Counted from the stretch's first letter, positions 15,910-24,945 are shown. The stretch: DNA of 35,310 nucleotides from an uncultured Azospirillaceae bacterium (GCA_964440165.1 CAYTQF010000002.1:1-35310), one strand, 5' to 3'. Numbers and translations: made by a program. The notes: generated from the sequence alone by a model not told the origin.

Positions 15910-16929
15910 ATGGCAAATACAAATTATAATGATATTTTTACAACAACATTGGAAGGACGCAGCGGTATTTTGGCCGATAACGTTTCTGCCAATAACGCTT
16001 TGTTGAAACGTTTGCAGGAAAACGATAAAATCCGTACAATTTCCGGCGGATCTAAAATTGTTGAAGAATTGGAATATGGCGAAGGTGATTTGACATGGTA
16101 TTCCGGTTATGAGCAAATCCAATATACACCTAAGCAATTATTTACAGCTGCAGAATATTCTTTGAAACTTTGTGCGGTTCCGGTTGCTGTTTCCGGTGAA
16201 GATATGCTCAAAAATGCCGGTCGTGAACAGATGATGGATTTGTTTGAAAAACGCATTAACAATGCTTTCAAAACCATGTGTAATAAAATGTCTGCTGCTG
16301 TTTATTCTGACGGTACCGGTTCTTCAGGTAAAGAAATCGGAGGTTTGGCTCTGTTGGTTGCCGATGCTCCCGAAACCGGAACAGTAGGCGGTATCAATCG
16401 CGCAACGGCAGGTAATGAATTTTGGAGAAATAAATCATTAACACCTGCGGAAGGCATTACATCTGAAAATATTTTGAGAAATATGGATAAAATGTATATG
16501 CAGCTTTGCCGCGGTACGGACAAACCGGATCTGATCGTTGCCGGTACGGATATGTATTCAACATTTGAACAGGCTTTAACTCCGTTACAGCGTTTCAGTG
16601 ATCCGAAGTTGGCTGATGCCGGTTTTGCCTGCCTCAAATATAAAAATACGGATGTAATTTATGATGGCGGCCAGGGCGGTAGCTGCAATGATAAAAAAAT
16701 GTATTTCCTGAATACAAATTATCTGTATCTGCGCCCGCATAAAGACAGAAACATGGTTGTAATCGGCGGTGAACGTGTTGCCGTTAATCAGGATGCTTTG
16801 TATAAAATCATCGGTTGGGCAGGAAACTTAACAATGTCTAACGCCGGTTTGCAGGGTGTATTGATTAGTGCGGCTTCAGATAGCAAAGTAGACACAGAAA
16901 CAAAACAAGATGAAAACGAAAATGAATAA
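15910..16929 (+). CDS. Major capsid protein
   Basis: 339 aa, located after the scaffold gene, with a GAGGAAAG SD and a stable hairpin directly downstream. Confidence 0.75.
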   Translation: MANTNYNDIFTTTLEGRSGILADNVSANNALLKRLQENDKIRTISGGSKIVEELEYGEGDLTWYSGYEQIQYTPKQLFTAAEYSLKLCAVPVAVSGEDMLKNAGREQMMDLFEKRINNAFKTMCNKMSAAVYSDGTGSSGKEIGGLALLVADAPETGTVGGINRATAGNEFWRNKSLTPAEGITSENILRNMDKMYMQLCRGTDKPDLIVAGTDMYSTFEQALTPLQRFSDPKLADAGFACLKYKNTDVIYDGGQGGSCNDKKMYFLNTNYLYLRPHKDRNMVVIGGERVAVNQDALYKIIGWAGNLTMSNAGLQGVLISAASDSKVDTETKQDENENE

Positions 16930-16943
16930 TTAATCTAAAAAAG

Positions 16944-16969
16944 GAGGACGGCTCTAAAGAACCGTCCTC
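16944..16969 (+). other. Stable stem-loop after the capsid gene with no T-tract
   Basis: GAGGACGG-N10-CCGTCCTC. Confidence 0.5.
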
Positions 16970-16989
16970 TATTGTCAGGGGAAGATAAG

Positions 16990-17547
16990 ATGGATTTTAA
17001 TACGTTTCAAAAAATTGCGCAAAACAGTAATCCGGAAGAAGGCATAATTGCCCGTTTTTATGACAAGGCCGTAAAAACGGATAAAGTAAGCTCGGATGGT
17101 TTACCTGTTTTTCAAAACAAATGCTTTGTTGAGATCAGAATCAGAGATAATAATTCCGAGGTTTTCGATCAGCCTGCGACACCGGAAAAAATCAAGCGTT
17201 TTCCTGTTGAATATGCGCGTTATCAGTTGGGACGCAAACAAGTGGAAAAAGGAACGCCGTTGGAGCAGTTTGCTTTTTTAACGGCGGCAGAAGTAGAAAC
17301 TCTGAAAATTCGCGGAATATTTACAGTCGAAGCATTGTCTGAATTGAGCGATGATAAATGCGATCTGTTAAAAATCAAAACAGAACGTGATTTGGCATTA
17401 AAGTTTTTGTCGGCTTCCCGCAATAATCAAAGCATCGTCAGCTGGCAGAAAAAAGAAGAAACTTATCTGGCTGAAATAAATGCATTAAAAGAGGCTTTAG
17501 CTGAATTAAAGAAAAATTCAGTGCCCAAAAAGAGCAGGAGAAAATAA
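16990..17547 (+). CDS. Hypothetical virion or assembly protein (186 aa from ATG 16990; the listed ORF starts at TTG 16972)
   Basis: Position in the late operon. Basic C-terminal tail. Confidence 0.5.
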   Translation: MDFNTFQKIAQNSNPEEGIIARFYDKAVKTDKVSSDGLPVFQNKCFVEIRIRDNNSEVFDQPATPEKIKRFPVEYARYQLGRKQVEKGTPLEQFAFLTAAEVETLKIRGIFTVEALSELSDDKCDLLKIKTERDLALKFLSASRNNQSIVSWQKKEETYLAEINALKEALAELKKNSVPKKSRRK

Positions 17548-18257
17548 TGAAAAATATTTTACAAATATGCAAAGAAGCAGCGGCTCTGGTTGCAACTCAG
17601 CAGCCTGAAAATCTTTTTGATGCATCATCTCAGCAAGAGGCTGTATTCTTAAGTATAGCAAGGGATACACTTGACAGTTTGCTGCGTTATGGAGATTGGC
17701 CTGAGTTGACCAAAGAAGGTTCATTTAAAACAGTTGCCGGGAAAATGAATTATTTTATCGGTGAGGAATGTCATGATTTTTATTCTTTGCTGAATAATAC
17801 CGTATATATCAAAGACAGTCGGGAAAAAATTATCGGAGCTATCACGCCGGAACAGTGGATGAAAGAAAAATATTTTGATGTTGCCTCATTGGATATCAAA
17901 TTCAAACTTCAAAACGGAATGTTTAAATTTTTAACGCCGCCGCCGGCAGATATGACGATTGTTTTTCAGTATCGCTCGTCAGGAATTGTAATGGATACCG
18001 ATAATGAATATGCTGAAAAGTCTGTATTAGATAAAAATACGGACATTCCTGTATTTGATGAATTTTTAGTCAAAAAAGGCATCGTGTGGCGTTGGTATCG
18101 TCGTAACGGTATGCCTTATGAGGAAGAATACGATGAGTATATTCGCGAAGTAAGAGTAAAATTTGGAAATTCGTTGTCTACACAAGATATAAGTTTGGCT
18201 CGTACGATAGAAAATCTTAATCCGGGAGTAATAGTCAATGCGGCAAAAGTTTATTGA
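17547..18257 (+). CDS. Hypothetical head-tail adaptor or tail protein
   Basis: ATGA-type coupling to the upstream gene. Called from position only. Confidence 0.45.
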   Translation: MKNILQICKEAAALVATQQPENLFDASSQQEAVFLSIARDTLDSLLRYGDWPELTKEGSFKTVAGKMNYFIGEECHDFYSLLNNTVYIKDSREKIIGAITPEQWMKEKYFDVASLDIKFKLQNGMFKFLTPPPADMTIVFQYRSSGIVMDTDNEYAEKSVLDKNTDIPVFDEFLVKKGIVWRWYRRNGMPYEEEYDEYIREVRVKFGNSLSTQDISLARTIENLNPGVIVNAAKVY

Positions 18258-19788
18258 CAGAAGTAATAAATCTCAAAACTACATTTTATCTGCGCCGATA
18301 GGTGGTTTGAATGCTCGAGATAGTTTGGATACGATGTCTCCGTTAGATGCTGTGGTAATGGATAATTATATTCCGTTAGATACAAAAGTGATCTTGCGCA
18401 AAGGATTTAACGAATATGTAAAACTGGAGGATCCGGTACAGACATTGGTTTCTTATAAATTATCCGATGCCAATCATTTTCTGGCATTCAGCGGTAGCAA
18501 AGTATATGATATTTCTACCAAATTAAATGTAAAAACATATGAAAAAGATTTTAATAACAGTTACTGGCAGCATTGTCAGTTTAAGAATCGTTTGATTTTT
18601 GTAAATGGTACGGATGCGCCGCAAACGTTCTATGTTGAGAACGATAAAATTGTCTTTGAGGAACTGCATTTAGAAGGTTTCGGCTTAACACCACAGAAAT
18701 TGATAAATGTCTGTATGTCAAAACAACGTTTGTTTTTTGTAGAAAAAGGCAGTTTAACGTTTTGGTATTCTTCCGGTGTCGGAGAAGTGCAGGGAACTTT
18801 GAATCGTTTTGATTTATCAACAATAGCTCGCGACGGCGGAGAGTTGGTCGCCATTGCTTCATGGACACAAGATGGCGGGCAAGGTATTGACGATATGACC
18901 GTATTTCTAACGTCGGAAGGTGAGGCTATAATTTATGCCGGAAGTAACCCGAACAGTGCTTCTGATTGGTGCTTAAAAGGTGTGTTCAGGATGAGCAAAC
19001 CAATCGGTTATCGTTGTGTTTTACCGTATCAGGGTGATATAATTATCATTTCTGAAGATGGTTATATTCCATTATCAAAAGCATTACCTCTGGAACAAGC
19101 AAACAGTTCTCAAATTGCATTTAGTGATAAAATACGAGGAATAGTGTTGGAATGTACTCGGAGCAACAAAAGTAAAAAGGGTTGGCAGGGAATTATTTAT
19201 GGCCGTGGCGGCTATGCAATATTTAATGTACCTGTATCACAGCATTTTGAACAGCATGTGATTAATGTCAATACCGGGGCTTGGTGCCGTTTTACGGGAA
19301 TTAACGCAATTTGTTGGGGTGAGTACGAAGGTCGTATGTATTTGGGAATGACAGATGGTGTTTATCTGTTTGATGAAGGCTATTCAGACAATAAAATGCA
19401 TATTTGCGGACATGTCGAACAAGCATATAATAATCTGGGCAGTAATAATCTGAAAAAAATACAATTGTTAAATCCACGTACGAAATCATCAACCAAGTAT
19501 GCGTTGGTTATTTATACCAATATGGATTTTGCCGACAGAAACAAATCTTATGTAGAAAATATCGGTAGCAGCGGTTTAACCAAGTGGGATAGAACACCGT
19601 GGAGTTGTTTAACATCTCCCACAGGGAGCAAATGGGCAACACTTAAGGGTACAATTCGTAGTCAATGGATAGCGGCATCAGCCACCGGCTTTAAAGCCAG
19701 CATTGTATTTAAAACCAAAACCAGAGGTAATCTGATAGAATGGTATGATACGGGAATACGTTATGAAAACGGCAGCGGAATTTTGTAG
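18238..19788 (+). CDS. Large tail structural protein (516 aa)
   Basis: Called from size and position upstream of the fibres. Beta-rich sequence. Confidence 0.5.
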   Translation: MRQKFIDRSNKSQNYILSAPIGGLNARDSLDTMSPLDAVVMDNYIPLDTKVILRKGFNEYVKLEDPVQTLVSYKLSDANHFLAFSGSKVYDISTKLNVKTYEKDFNNSYWQHCQFKNRLIFVNGTDAPQTFYVENDKIVFEELHLEGFGLTPQKLINVCMSKQRLFFVEKGSLTFWYSSGVGEVQGTLNRFDLSTIARDGGELVAIASWTQDGGQGIDDMTVFLTSEGEAIIYAGSNPNSASDWCLKGVFRMSKPIGYRCVLPYQGDIIIISEDGYIPLSKALPLEQANSSQIAFSDKIRGIVLECTRSNKSKKGWQGIIYGRGGYAIFNVPVSQHFEQHVINVNTGAWCRFTGINAICWGEYEGRMYLGMTDGVYLFDEGYSDNKMHICGHVEQAYNNLGSNNLKKIQLLNPRTKSSTKYALVIYTNMDFADRNKSYVENIGSSGLTKWDRTPWSCLTSPTGSKWATLKGTIRSQWIAASATGFKASIVFKTKTRGNLIEWYDTGIRYENGSGIL

Positions 19789-20224
19789 TTTGGTTGCAGA
19801 TAAAGGCAATTTAATTGCTGATTGGGTCTGTCAGAATTTAAATTCGGATACGAATTGGCTGGGAAACAACATAACGTACGGTATTGTGAAAAATAACAGG
19901 CTGCTGGGTGGTTTAATTTTTCATGATATTCATATCGGGCACGATGTGTGGTGGACGATTTATACCAATGACAAACACTGGTGCAATCGCAGACTGTTGC
20001 AGTTTTTTTTGCAAGAAGCATTTGAACGTTTGCAGTGTCGACGGATTAATCTTTTAGTTAATCCGGATAATACGGCATGCCTTAAGTTGGTAACACGTAT
20101 GGGATTCAAAATTGAAGGATGCCTGCGTTCTTTCAGAGATGATGGCGGTGATTGCTATATTTTAGGATTGCTGCCGAATGAAAGTAAATTTTATAAAGGA
20201 GAGAAAAAATGTCAAAATCATTAG
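19763..20224 (+). CDS. GNAT-family N-acetyltransferase (RimJ/RimL-like)
   Basis: The block LLQFFLQEAFERLQCRRINLLVNPDNTACLKLVTRMGFKIEGCLRSF...DCYILGLL matches the Acetyltransf_3-type core. It overlaps both neighbouring genes. Confidence 0.55.
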   Translation: MKTAAEFCSLVADKGNLIADWVCQNLNSDTNWLGNNITYGIVKNNRLLGGLIFHDIHIGHDVWWTIYTNDKHWCNRRLLQFFLQEAFERLQCRRINLLVNPDNTACLKLVTRMGFKIEGCLRSFRDDGGDCYILGLLPNESKFYKGEKKCQNH

Positions 20225-21078
20225 GTTTAAGCAGCTATAAAGCCAAATTTAATCCGGCTGCTTTTGAGGCTCTGAATTATCTGAATAAAGTGGATACATC
20301 TGTAGCCGATAATACAAATAAAACAATGGCAAACGCCGGTTACAGTTTGGCACAAAATTTGATGTCTCGTCCGGATTATATTTATACGGTCGATGGTTCT
20401 GATGCAGCACGGCAACGAGCTGAAGCAGCAACATATAATTCATATATTGAAAAACTGAAACCTCAATTTTCACAACAAACCGAAGATTTAGAAACCAGAT
20501 TGCAAAATCAGGGATTGAGTGTCGGTTCGGAGGCTTATCAACGCGCCATGTCAGATTTGCAAAACACACAGAATAGTGCATTAAATCAAGCAGCATACAA
20601 CAGTGTTTTGAGTGGACAACAGGCATTTAGTAACAGCTTGCAGGATAATATCAGCAGTGCCTCTTTTTCCAATAATGCTCGAGTATTGCCTATCTCTGAA
20701 ATTCAGAGTCTGTTGGCTAATTCGCCGACCGGTTATCAAGTTGCTATGAATAAATATAATATCGGCAGCGGCGCTTATGATCAGATGTATACACAACAGC
20801 ACGCATATAATACACAACGTGATGATAATTTAAAAAAGACAATCGGAGCTACCGGACAGTTTTTGGCTTTGTTATCAGATAGGGAATTAAAAGAGAACCT
20901 GCAAAAAGTTGGAAAATTGGATAATGGATTAACAATTTATCTCTTTAATTATATAGGAGATAATACACCTCGTATCGGCTTAATAGCCCAAGAGGTACAA
21001 GAAGTAAAACCGGATGCGGTAGAAGAAAATGCAGATGGTTTTTTAAGCGTCCGCTATGATTTGGCGGTTCAAAAATAG
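20209..21078 (+). CDS. Tail fibre/spike-associated protein with a C-terminal S74 intramolecular-chaperone domain
   Basis: LSDRELKENL...GLTIYLFNY...RIGLIAQEVQEVKPDAV...FLSVRYD is the typical auto-cleaving chaperone signature. Confidence 0.65.
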   Translation: MSKSLGLSSYKAKFNPAAFEALNYLNKVDTSVADNTNKTMANAGYSLAQNLMSRPDYIYTVDGSDAARQRAEAATYNSYIEKLKPQFSQQTEDLETRLQNQGLSVGSEAYQRAMSDLQNTQNSALNQAAYNSVLSGQQAFSNSLQDNISSASFSNNARVLPISEIQSLLANSPTGYQVAMNKYNIGSGAYDQMYTQQHAYNTQRDDNLKKTIGATGQFLALLSDRELKENLQKVGKLDNGLTIYLFNYIGDNTPRIGLIAQEVQEVKPDAVEENADGFLSVRYDLAVQK

Positions 21079-21086
21079 TTAGAAGT

Positions 21087-21117
21087 ACCGGCAGTATTTT
21101 TACTGCCGGTTTTTTTA
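21087..21117 (+). terminator. Rho-independent terminator inside the late region
   Basis: ACCGGCAGTA-tttt-TACTGCCGGT followed by T6. Confidence 0.8.
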
Positions 21118-21132
21118 TGAAAGGAGAAGACA

Positions 21133-21873
21133 ATGCCATTTGACAGTGAAGGAAATTTTAGCCGTCTTCATAACTGGGAAGATGATCGCAAAAATGATAT
21201 TGATATTGTAACAGATCGTCATGATGAAGAAGATGACAATTTTGCAGCAGGCTTATCTGAATGCTTTTTAAAAGATGGGCGCAGTGCCATGAAGGGCGAT
21301 TTGGATGCCGGAGATTTCAGAATCAAACATGTTGCCACCGGTATTCAGGATACTGATGCCGTAAATAAAAAGCAATTATCGGTACTACAAGAAAGTATTT
21401 GTAAGGTTTTGAATGCTGCAATAAAAATCGGCGATATTAAAGCCAGTGGTATTCAACAGGATCATGATAGTTGGATGTTGTGTGATGGACGAGAACTTGA
21501 ACGCAGCGAATATTCATCATTATTTGATGTAATTGGAACCAGTTTCGGTGTCGGAAATGATAGTACAACATTTAATATTCCGGATTGCCGCGGTGTATTT
21601 TTACGCGGTACGGATTGCGAAAGAGGATTTGACGAAGGTCGTGAATTAGGCAGCTATCAGGACGATGCATTTCAAGGACACTTCCATGGATCAACCAGCA
21701 ATTTGAAAACCGGTAGCAATGGCGGTGGTTATTACAGTGGTAATTTGGGCGGACAAATTGCAACGATTACCGGCCCGATAACGGATGGTGAAAACGGAGA
21801 ACCACGCATTGCGTCAGAAACACGTCCAAAAAATATTGCCGTCAACTATTTTATAAAAGTAGCGGAAGATTAA
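21133..21873 (+). CDS. Tail fibre protein with a phage tail-collar domain
   Basis: WMLCDGRELERSEYSSLFDVIGTSFG...FNIPDCRGVFLRG is the Collar-domain signature. Confidence 0.7.
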   Translation: MPFDSEGNFSRLHNWEDDRKNDIDIVTDRHDEEDDNFAAGLSECFLKDGRSAMKGDLDAGDFRIKHVATGIQDTDAVNKKQLSVLQESICKVLNAAIKIGDIKASGIQQDHDSWMLCDGRELERSEYSSLFDVIGTSFGVGNDSTTFNIPDCRGVFLRGTDCERGFDEGRELGSYQDDAFQGHFHGSTSNLKTGSNGGGYYSGNLGGQIATITGPITDGENGEPRIASETRPKNIAVNYFIKVAED

Positions 21874-21879
21874 AACCTT

Positions 21880-22074
21880 ATGGAGCCGAATATGGAAAAA
21901 ATTTTAGAAGATTCAAAGGTTATCGGTTCGGCAGGATTAGCTTTGGGATTGGAATATGCTCAAATATTAAATTCTTTTTTATCTCTTCTTATCAGTATCT
22001 GTACTCTGATATATGTCGGAAACCGGGCTTATCAGATTATTAGTAACTGGCTGAAAGGCGACCGTTATGATTGA
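21880..22074 (+). CDS. Putative holin
   Basis: 64 aa with two hydrophobic segments and a charged C-terminus. Its stop overlaps the endolysin start. Confidence 0.45.
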   Translation: MEPNMEKILEDSKVIGSAGLALGLEYAQILNSFLSLLISICTLIYVGNRAYQIISNWLKGDRYD

Positions 22075-22555
22075 GAAAAAAGAAATTATAAGAAGGTTAA
22101 CTCTGCATGAAGGATTAAGATTAAAACCTTATCGCTGTTGTGCCGGTAAGTTAACAATCGGTGTTGGTCGAAACTTAATAGACAATCCGCTGAGTAAAAC
22201 CGAAAAACAGTACCTGAGGCGGGATAATCTTAAAGACGGTATAAATATGGCAGAAGCAACATATTTGTTAATGAATGATATTAACAATCATTGGGCCGAA
22301 TGTCGAAAATATATTGAGTGTTTTGCATCACTGGATCATGAACGCCAATATGCATTATTGGATATGTGTTTTAATCTGGGAATTAGGGGATTATTGAAAT
22401 TTCGTAAAATGCTCAATGCATTAAGTATCGGTGATTACCGTGGTGCAGCAAAAGAATGTCTGCAAAGTAAATATGCAAAAGATACCGGAACAAGAGCGGT
22501 TCGCATTTCACGTTTGCTGGAAGATGGCGTCTGGAGGGAGAATGTCAAAATATAA
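22067..22555 (+). CDS. Endolysin, GH24 T4-type lysozyme
   Basis: HEGLRLKPYRCCAGKLTIGVGRN aligns with T4 lysozyme E11...D20...T26, with Cys at the D20 position. Confidence 0.85.
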   Translation: MIEKKEIIRRLTLHEGLRLKPYRCCAGKLTIGVGRNLIDNPLSKTEKQYLRRDNLKDGINMAEATYLLMNDINNHWAECRKYIECFASLDHERQYALLDMCFNLGIRGLLKFRKMLNALSIGDYRGAAKECLQSKYAKDTGTRAVRISRLLEDGVWRENVKI

Positions 22556-22673
22556 AAAGATTATTCTTTACCTTATATTAATAGTGCTGGGTGCGGCAAT
22601 TCTTTTTCGTCCGGAAAATGCGGAAGATGTTGCACGTGCCATATTGGTTATCCTAGGAGGTCTTGAATGCTGA
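22542..22673 (+). CDS. 43-aa two-TM protein in the lysis cassette (second holin or antiholin?)
   Basis: GGAGG SD. Overlaps the endolysin 3' end and the next gene's start. Confidence 0.45.
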   Translation: MSKYKKIILYLILIVLGAAILFRPENAEDVARAILVILGGLEC

Positions 22674-22873
22674 AGTTTCTTCTGATCAGCAGCAGTATCG
22701 GCTTCTTATGTTTGTTAAGCTATCGGTTGGGAATAGCACGAGCTAAACTTGAAATATTGGAAAAGGAAATAAAAGTTGAACAAAATATTTCACAACAAAA
22801 AAGCCGAATTTATTCTCGTCCCAATGCTTCTAATGCTGAACTGCTGCATCTCTTCCGCGACAATGTCATGTAA
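22667..22873 (+). CDS. i-spanin (Rz-like)
   Basis: N-terminal TM helix plus a coiled-coil region, AGGAGG SD, and an o-spanin frame embedded in it. Confidence 0.55.
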   Translation: MLKFLLISSSIGFLCLLSYRLGIARAKLEILEKEIKVEQNISQQKSRIYSRPNASNAELLHLFRDNVM

Positions 22874-23024
22874 TTGTCCTGTGTATCCGGTAGGAGGTAA
22901 TCGGGTAGGGCAGGAATTATCTGCGTTACCGGAAGACAGCTGCCCGTATTTATGGGAGTGGATCGGACGAATCAATAAATTGCGTCAGGAATTGGAAATA
23001 TGTCAAAAAAATTGTTCCGGATAA
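22824..23024 (+). CDS. o-spanin (Rz1-like lipoprotein), overlapped architecture
   Basis: MLLMLNC lipobox-like start in the +1 frame of the i-spanin gene. The short Cys-rich mature part extends beyond the i-spanin stop. Confidence 0.5.
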   Translation: MLLMLNCCISSATMSCNCPVYPVGGNRVGQELSALPEDSCPYLWEWIGRINKLRQELEICQKNCSG

Positions 23025-23044
23025 ATCTCCGGAACAATTTTTTC
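23011..23044. terminator. Bidirectional terminator between the prophage end and ppiD
   Basis: ATTGTTCCGGA-N6-TCCGGAACAAT flanked by an A-run and a T-run. Confidence 0.8.
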
Positions 23045-23055
23045 TGTTTTTATAA

Positions 23056-24945
23056 TTAGTCGGCCAATCCCAGTAATCTGTATTTAACGCGAACATCGTA
23101 GTCTTTACTGAAGTCCGTTAACAAACGATTGGCATAATTTTGATATAAATCCAATTTAGCTTTACGGAAAATTGCATCTTTATCCGCTTTGGGCGTATCT
23201 TTATTAATAATTTTATCTGTCAGCGCAATAATTTCTTTATTGTCGGCATAAAAGATTTTCGGAGCGCCGATATTTTCCAAAAACAGTTCGTTCATATCAT
23301 TTTCATTTAATCCGGCAAAAGATTGTTGACGTGTAACAGCCGGAGAAACATTTAATTTTAACTTAAACCTGCTGGCAATTTCATCAATGTTGTCGCCGCT
23401 TTCTAAATCATGCATAACATCATTGGTAATTTCCTGAGCAATAGCCGTTCTTTCATTAGCTTCCCACATTTTAACAATATCTTTCCGAACAACATCTAAT
23501 TCTTTAGGATGCATGTCATATATATTGTCAACGGTTAATACGGCAAATCCGTCTTCTAATTCTATAACTTGACTGATTTCCCCTTCGTTATAAGAAAATG
23601 CCATATCCACAAAATCAGGCAGAGCCGTCAGTGTTTTAAATTGAGCCGGAGACTGAGTACTTAGCCCGTTTTCTGCAAGATTTTTTACGGAATGTATTTT
23701 TGTATTCAATCCTGAAGCGATAGTTTCAAAAGTTTCCCCGGCACCGATTTTATCTTCAATTTGAGCAGCCAGTTCATAAGCGGCATCAAAAGCTTTTTCT
23801 TTGCGGATAGCTTCTTTGATTTTATTTTCGGCATCAAGACGATTCATTTTTGATCCGGCTTTAATCGCATCAACTTTAGCAATTCTCCATCCCATATCGG
23901 ACTGAACCGGCCCGATAACTTTTCCTTTAGTTGCTTCAAATACAGCATCAGCCAAATCTTCGGTCAACATATCTTTGGCGACAAAGCCGAGAGAGGTTGT
24001 TGCTTTATCTTGTTTAGCCAGTTTTTCTGCAACGCTGTAAAAATCTTTTCCTGAATTTAATTCATCTAAAGCTTTTTGTGCGGTTGCTTCATCTTCAAAA
24101 ATCATTTGTAAAACATTGCGTGTTTCCGGCGTTTCAAATTGTGCAACATTATTTGTATAATATTCTTGAATTTCTTCAGATGTCGGTTGAACATTTTTAC
24201 TGATATCTTCATTACTCATATAAAAGAATGAAACATCTCTGGTTTCAGGAGCCATAAAGTTTGCACTGAAATCTTGATAATATTGCTGAATTTCATCTTC
24301 GGAGATTTTTCTGTCGATCGGCAGATTATTAATATCAAGAGTGATATATTTGAAAATTCTTTGTTGATTTTCAATTTTTGTCAGATAATCAAGCATAATT
24401 TGCGGAATATTAATGGCTTCTATTGGTGTTTGAATAACACTTTGCTTAATAATATCCAGTTTAATGGAGTCGATATATTGTTGCTCGGACCAACCGGAAG
24501 CGGACAATACTTGGCGCAGTCTGTTAATATCAAAGTTTCCGTCAGCATCTCTGAAATCAGGTTGAGAATAAATAACCTGACGAACCAGAGCGTCGCTGAT
24601 GCTAACGCTGTTTTTGTCAGCCATATTGCGGATAATCATATTATTCAGATGTTTTTGGACAATATCCTGCAAAATAGATTGCCGTACGGTATCATTAATT
24701 TCAACACCGTCCCCGAACAGCTTTTTAGCCATGTTTATTTCTTTATCCAACTCGGCTAAAGCTTCTCCCTGCAGCATTTCATAATTGTCAACTTTAATGA
24801 CAGGACGGTTTTTTCCGATACTTCCGACATAACCGGCAACACCGAATAAAGAGACAAAGCTCAGTCCGGTAAGAATAAGAATAGATTTGGCAAACCATGT
24901 GTCCTGTAATTTTCTGAATTTGGTTATCATTAATTTTTGTCCCAT
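23056..24945 (-). CDS. ppiD: Periplasmic chaperone / peptidyl-prolyl isomerase PpiD
   Basis: N-terminal TM anchor, SurA-N-like region and a parvulin-like segment (GPVQSDMGWRIAKV). Confidence 0.8.
   Translation of the reverse strand: MGQKLMITKFRKLQDTWFAKSILILTGLSFVSLFGVAGYVGSIGKNRPVIKVDNYEMLQGEALAELDKEINMAKKLFGDGVEINDTVRQSILQDIVQKHLNNMIIRNMADKNSVSISDALVRQVIYSQPDFRDADGNFDINRLRQVLSASGWSEQQYIDSIKLDIIKQSVIQTPIEAINIPQIMLDYLTKIENQQRIFKYITLDINNLPIDRKISEDEIQQYYQDFSANFMAPETRDVSFFYMSNEDISKNVQPTSEEIQEYYTNNVAQFETPETRNVLQMIFEDEATAQKALDELNSGKDFYSVAEKLAKQDKATTSLGFVAKDMLTEDLADAVFEATKGKVIGPVQSDMGWRIAKVDAIKAGSKMNRLDAENKIKEAIRKEKAFDAAYELAAQIEDKIGAGETFETIASGLNTKIHSVKNLAENGLSTQSPAQFKTLTALPDFVDMAFSYNEGEISQVIELEDGFAVLTVDNIYDMHPKELDVVRKDIVKMWEANERTAIAQEITNDVMHDLESGDNIDEIASRFKLKLNVSPAVTRQQSFAGLNENDMNELFLENIGAPKIFYADNKEIIALTDKIINKDTPKADKDAIFRKAKLDLYQNYANRLLTDFSKDYDVRVKYRLLGLAD

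Larger units (their letters stand above)
8368..23050 (+). mobile_element. Compact podovirus-like prophage or defective prophage (immunity, packaging, head, tail and lysis genes only)
   Basis: Contiguous phage genes from the operator-controlled gene at 8370-8651 to the spanins at 23024. It is flanked by the trkH stop (2 bp away) and the ppiD stop. No integrase or replication genes were recognised. Confidence 0.8.

Noticed and set aside
20209-21873. Diversity-generating retroelement acting on the fibre genes, as in BPP-1-like podoviruses
   Set aside because: No reverse transcriptase ORF is present, and I found no template/variable repeat pair near the 3' ends of the fibre genes.
8300-23100. 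Direct repeats (att sites) flanking the prophage
   Set aside because: I could not find a convincing shared core by eye between the 8350-8760 and 23000-23060 regions. A computed repeat search is needed, so none is reported.
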